This document shows positions 61,176 through 64,000 of a DNA stretch of 64,000 nt, piece by piece. How positions within the stretch are numbered: position 1 is the first letter of the stretch; every line of letters begins with the position of its first letter. Origin of the DNA: the human T2T-CHM13v2.0 reference genome, Homo sapiens; NCBI RefSeq assembly GCF_009914755.1, contig NC_060932.1. One strand, 5' to 3'. Below the pieces are notes generated by a model. The model saw nothing but the letters and a program-made list of their open reading frames with translations. It was not told the origin of the DNA and made no database searches. The position numbers and the translations under genes are program-made.

Positions 61176-62177
61176 ACCATCGTCTTATGACTCACTTGTC
61201 AGGGATTATTGATAATCAACTTAATAAATGAACTGCTATTAGCGACGCCGATAAAGTAATCCTGTTTAGAGCCTAAACATAAAGATAATCAATTTAAAAG
61301 ACGTGTGCAAAGCTGATTCACATTCACCTGATTTCTTAAGCTCCTTTAGGTTCTATTAGTCAAAACGGGAGCAGACGCCAGACTCCTCGTGCATGCCACA
61401 CACCTGCAACCTGCAGTTCTTCAGTTAATAGGAAGCCATATGCTCCTGGGGAGGAGGCATCCTCTCTCACAGTCTCCTCCACTACCGTGGGCTGCTGGCT
61501 CTTCATTTTTAGTTTCAGCTGGAGGGAAGCGGAGGGGAGATTCTGGTCCAGCCTGTGTTGCAACCGTTGCCAGCACGTGCAGAGAGAGCATTTGCACTCT
61601 GATCGGTCCAGCCCTAGGGGTTCCCAGGTCCCTGACGATGTCTCTCCTCAGAAGCTCAGGCATCTGGGCATGAGGTGAGGACCTGGGGATTCAAATGGCA
61701 CTTGGCACTTGCTCCTGGGGGTCTCTGCCCATCAGGGAAGCAGCTCACCCCACACCCGGCGGACCCAACAGGCAGCCATGAAGAAGGGCACCAGAACATT
61801 ATCCATCCACCTGTTTCGTGCTGTTTCCAGTATCTTACCTTACATCTCTTCATGGATTTCATTGTTTCTCTAGTAAATTCTTCACTTTTTACCTCATTTC
61901 TTTCTTCTTGTGCATACCAACTCTAGTCTTATTCTAACTTTTTTCTATTAGAAAAAATGTCCTTAACGTTAAATCAAAAACTTAAGTACAATGAAAGACA
62001 AATTAAAAACTTCCATTTTTAAATTTTGTGCTTTACTTATTCTGTTATTTCTATGTTTCTCATATTTTACTTCAACATCTAGTTTTTGGCCTGCTACAAC
62101 TGATATTGTTTTCATGAAGACCTTAGTTAAGAGGGAGGCTCCTAAGACTGGCGCCTGCTTTGTTCATTAATACTCCT

Positions 62178-62480
<303 letters not shown>

Positions 62481-63021
62481 TCAGGGGGCTGTAGTGAGTG
62501 CTGTCTTTTACCATCCAGCACTTTTATGGCGAACTGCAACTGAAAAACACATAATCCACAGACCACGTAAGCTTTTCTTTTTTTAACACAACTGTGCCAT
62601 TGCAGGTGCAAACAAGAAATGCAGCTTAGCGAGCTCACCACAGGGAGACATCCCTAGAGATGCGTCTCTGGAAAACCTGGCGGCCCCGTGCCCCCACCAC
62701 CCAGCCGTGGGCAGTGCCTGGGCAGTACTGTAGCCAGCCTCTCCATACACTCGCAGTCCATTCATTAAATCAGTTATTAAACTGATGCTTAAACTGTAAA
62801 ATTATGACTCATTGTAAAGAGCTAACACACGTAATTGTGTGAAGTGGAGTGTAACTCTGTCTCTGGCATGTCCATCGCCAGGGGTTTCCACTGCCCATGA
62901 CTTTATCCTGTCCGGACACTTTCGTGTGTGTATAAAAATATACACATATGGGCGTAGTTTACAATAAACATGAGGTCGCACTGCACGCATTACTGTACAA
63001 TTTCCTTTTTTCTCCCAAATA

Positions 63022-63667
63022 TTTTGTTAGTTTTCCGTTGCTGTCATAAAAACTGCCACAAACTTAGTGTCTTAAAACAGGGCGTTTATCCTCAGCCAAG
63101 TCCTGCAGGTCATGAGCCAACACGGGTTTCTCTGGGCTAAGGCCGAGGTGTCGGCAGCCTGCCCTCCTTCCGGGTCTCTCTGGGCTAAGGCTGAGGTGTC
63201 GGCCGTTGGCCCTTCTTTCCAGGGATCTGCGTGGGGAGTGGTTTTCTTTCACATCAAGATGTTACAGTTGCGGGACCGAAGCCCCGTGTCCTTGTTGTCA
63301 GCTGAAGTCAGCCCCCTGTTTCCAGAGGCCGCCCACAGGGATGTGTTAGCTCTGGCCCCTGCCTGCATCTTCAGAGCCAGCTGGACGGGGTGTGGGGTCT
63401 CTCTCACTCTGCAGACCCCTCCTGTCTCACGTCCACATCGATCTCCGACTTGCTCTGCCTTCCTCTTCTGCTTTCAATGCTCCTGCGCTGAGAGGGGGCC
63501 TGCCTGGGTCATCAGGAGATTCTCACTACCCCGGGGTCTGCTGGTTAGCAACCTCGATTCCACCTGCAACCTTCATGCCCGCTTGATGTGTAGCGTAACG
63601 TGTTCACAGATGTGGCACCAGCGTGGAAGGCCCTAGGGGTCAGAGTCCCGCCTGCAGAGGTACCACG
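63022..63667 (-). mobile_element. MLT1D/E-like MaLR LTR with an internal 48-bp duplication
   Basis: ttagttttccgttgctgtcataaaaactgccacaaacttagtgtcttaaaaca...ttagcaacctcgattccacctgcaacctt. ctctgggctaagg.cgaggtgtcggc occurs twice (units at 63123 and 63171). Confidence 0.8.
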
Positions 63668-64000
63668 TGCGTCCTTCTGTGGCGGACTCTAGGCCCAGAT
63701 GTCACTGGACGGACACACTGCTGCGTGACTTTAACATTACCGTTGGGGAACTGCCTCTATGTTTTTATTACTGCACAGAGTGTTGCAAAGAAAATATTTG
63801 CGAATGCTCAACCACCAGTCTACTTATTGCCAAGGTATCTCTTCTTCTGGGTAGCATCATAAGGGGATTTTCTGGGCATGTGGCTCCCTCTGAAGCTTTT
63901 ATGCTTTCACCTTCATCAGTGCAGCTAAGGAGATTCTGACTAGAATGGAGGTCTTCCAAATTGCTTTTTTCTAATGGGCTGATTATACCCATAATCTATG

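Overview
This is primate, almost certainly human, genomic DNA from inside DLGAP2 (SAPAP2, a postsynaptic scaffold gene on subtelomeric 8p23.3), transcribed on the + strand. The window holds two coding exons with canonical AG/GT borders and compatible phases: a 1058-nt CpG-island exon at 25480-26537 and a 212-nt exon at 42561-42772 encoding the first PSD-95 GK-binding repeat. The rest is intron, filled with Alu, L1, L2, MIR, solo LTRs (several with intact TSDs), DNA-transposon relics and an unusually dense set of tandem repeats, from 2-copy duplications to four 1.2-2.9 kb minisatellites. Nearly all other ORFs in the track are repeat or GC-content artefacts. I cannot demonstrate a new biological system. 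The best leads are: (1) two neighbouring minisatellites whose units are partly reverse-complementary and could form a copy-number-tunable pre-mRNA duplex; (2) a chain of two AUGA stop/start overlaps leading into the MKGLSG start codon; (3) a minisatellite born from the L1 ORF1 coding sequence; (4) a twin-primed L1PA nested inside an older 5'-inverted L1; and (5) an exon junction that reconstitutes a 5' splice site. Repeat subfamily names come from recalled consensus similarity, not from a search, and copy numbers are approximate.
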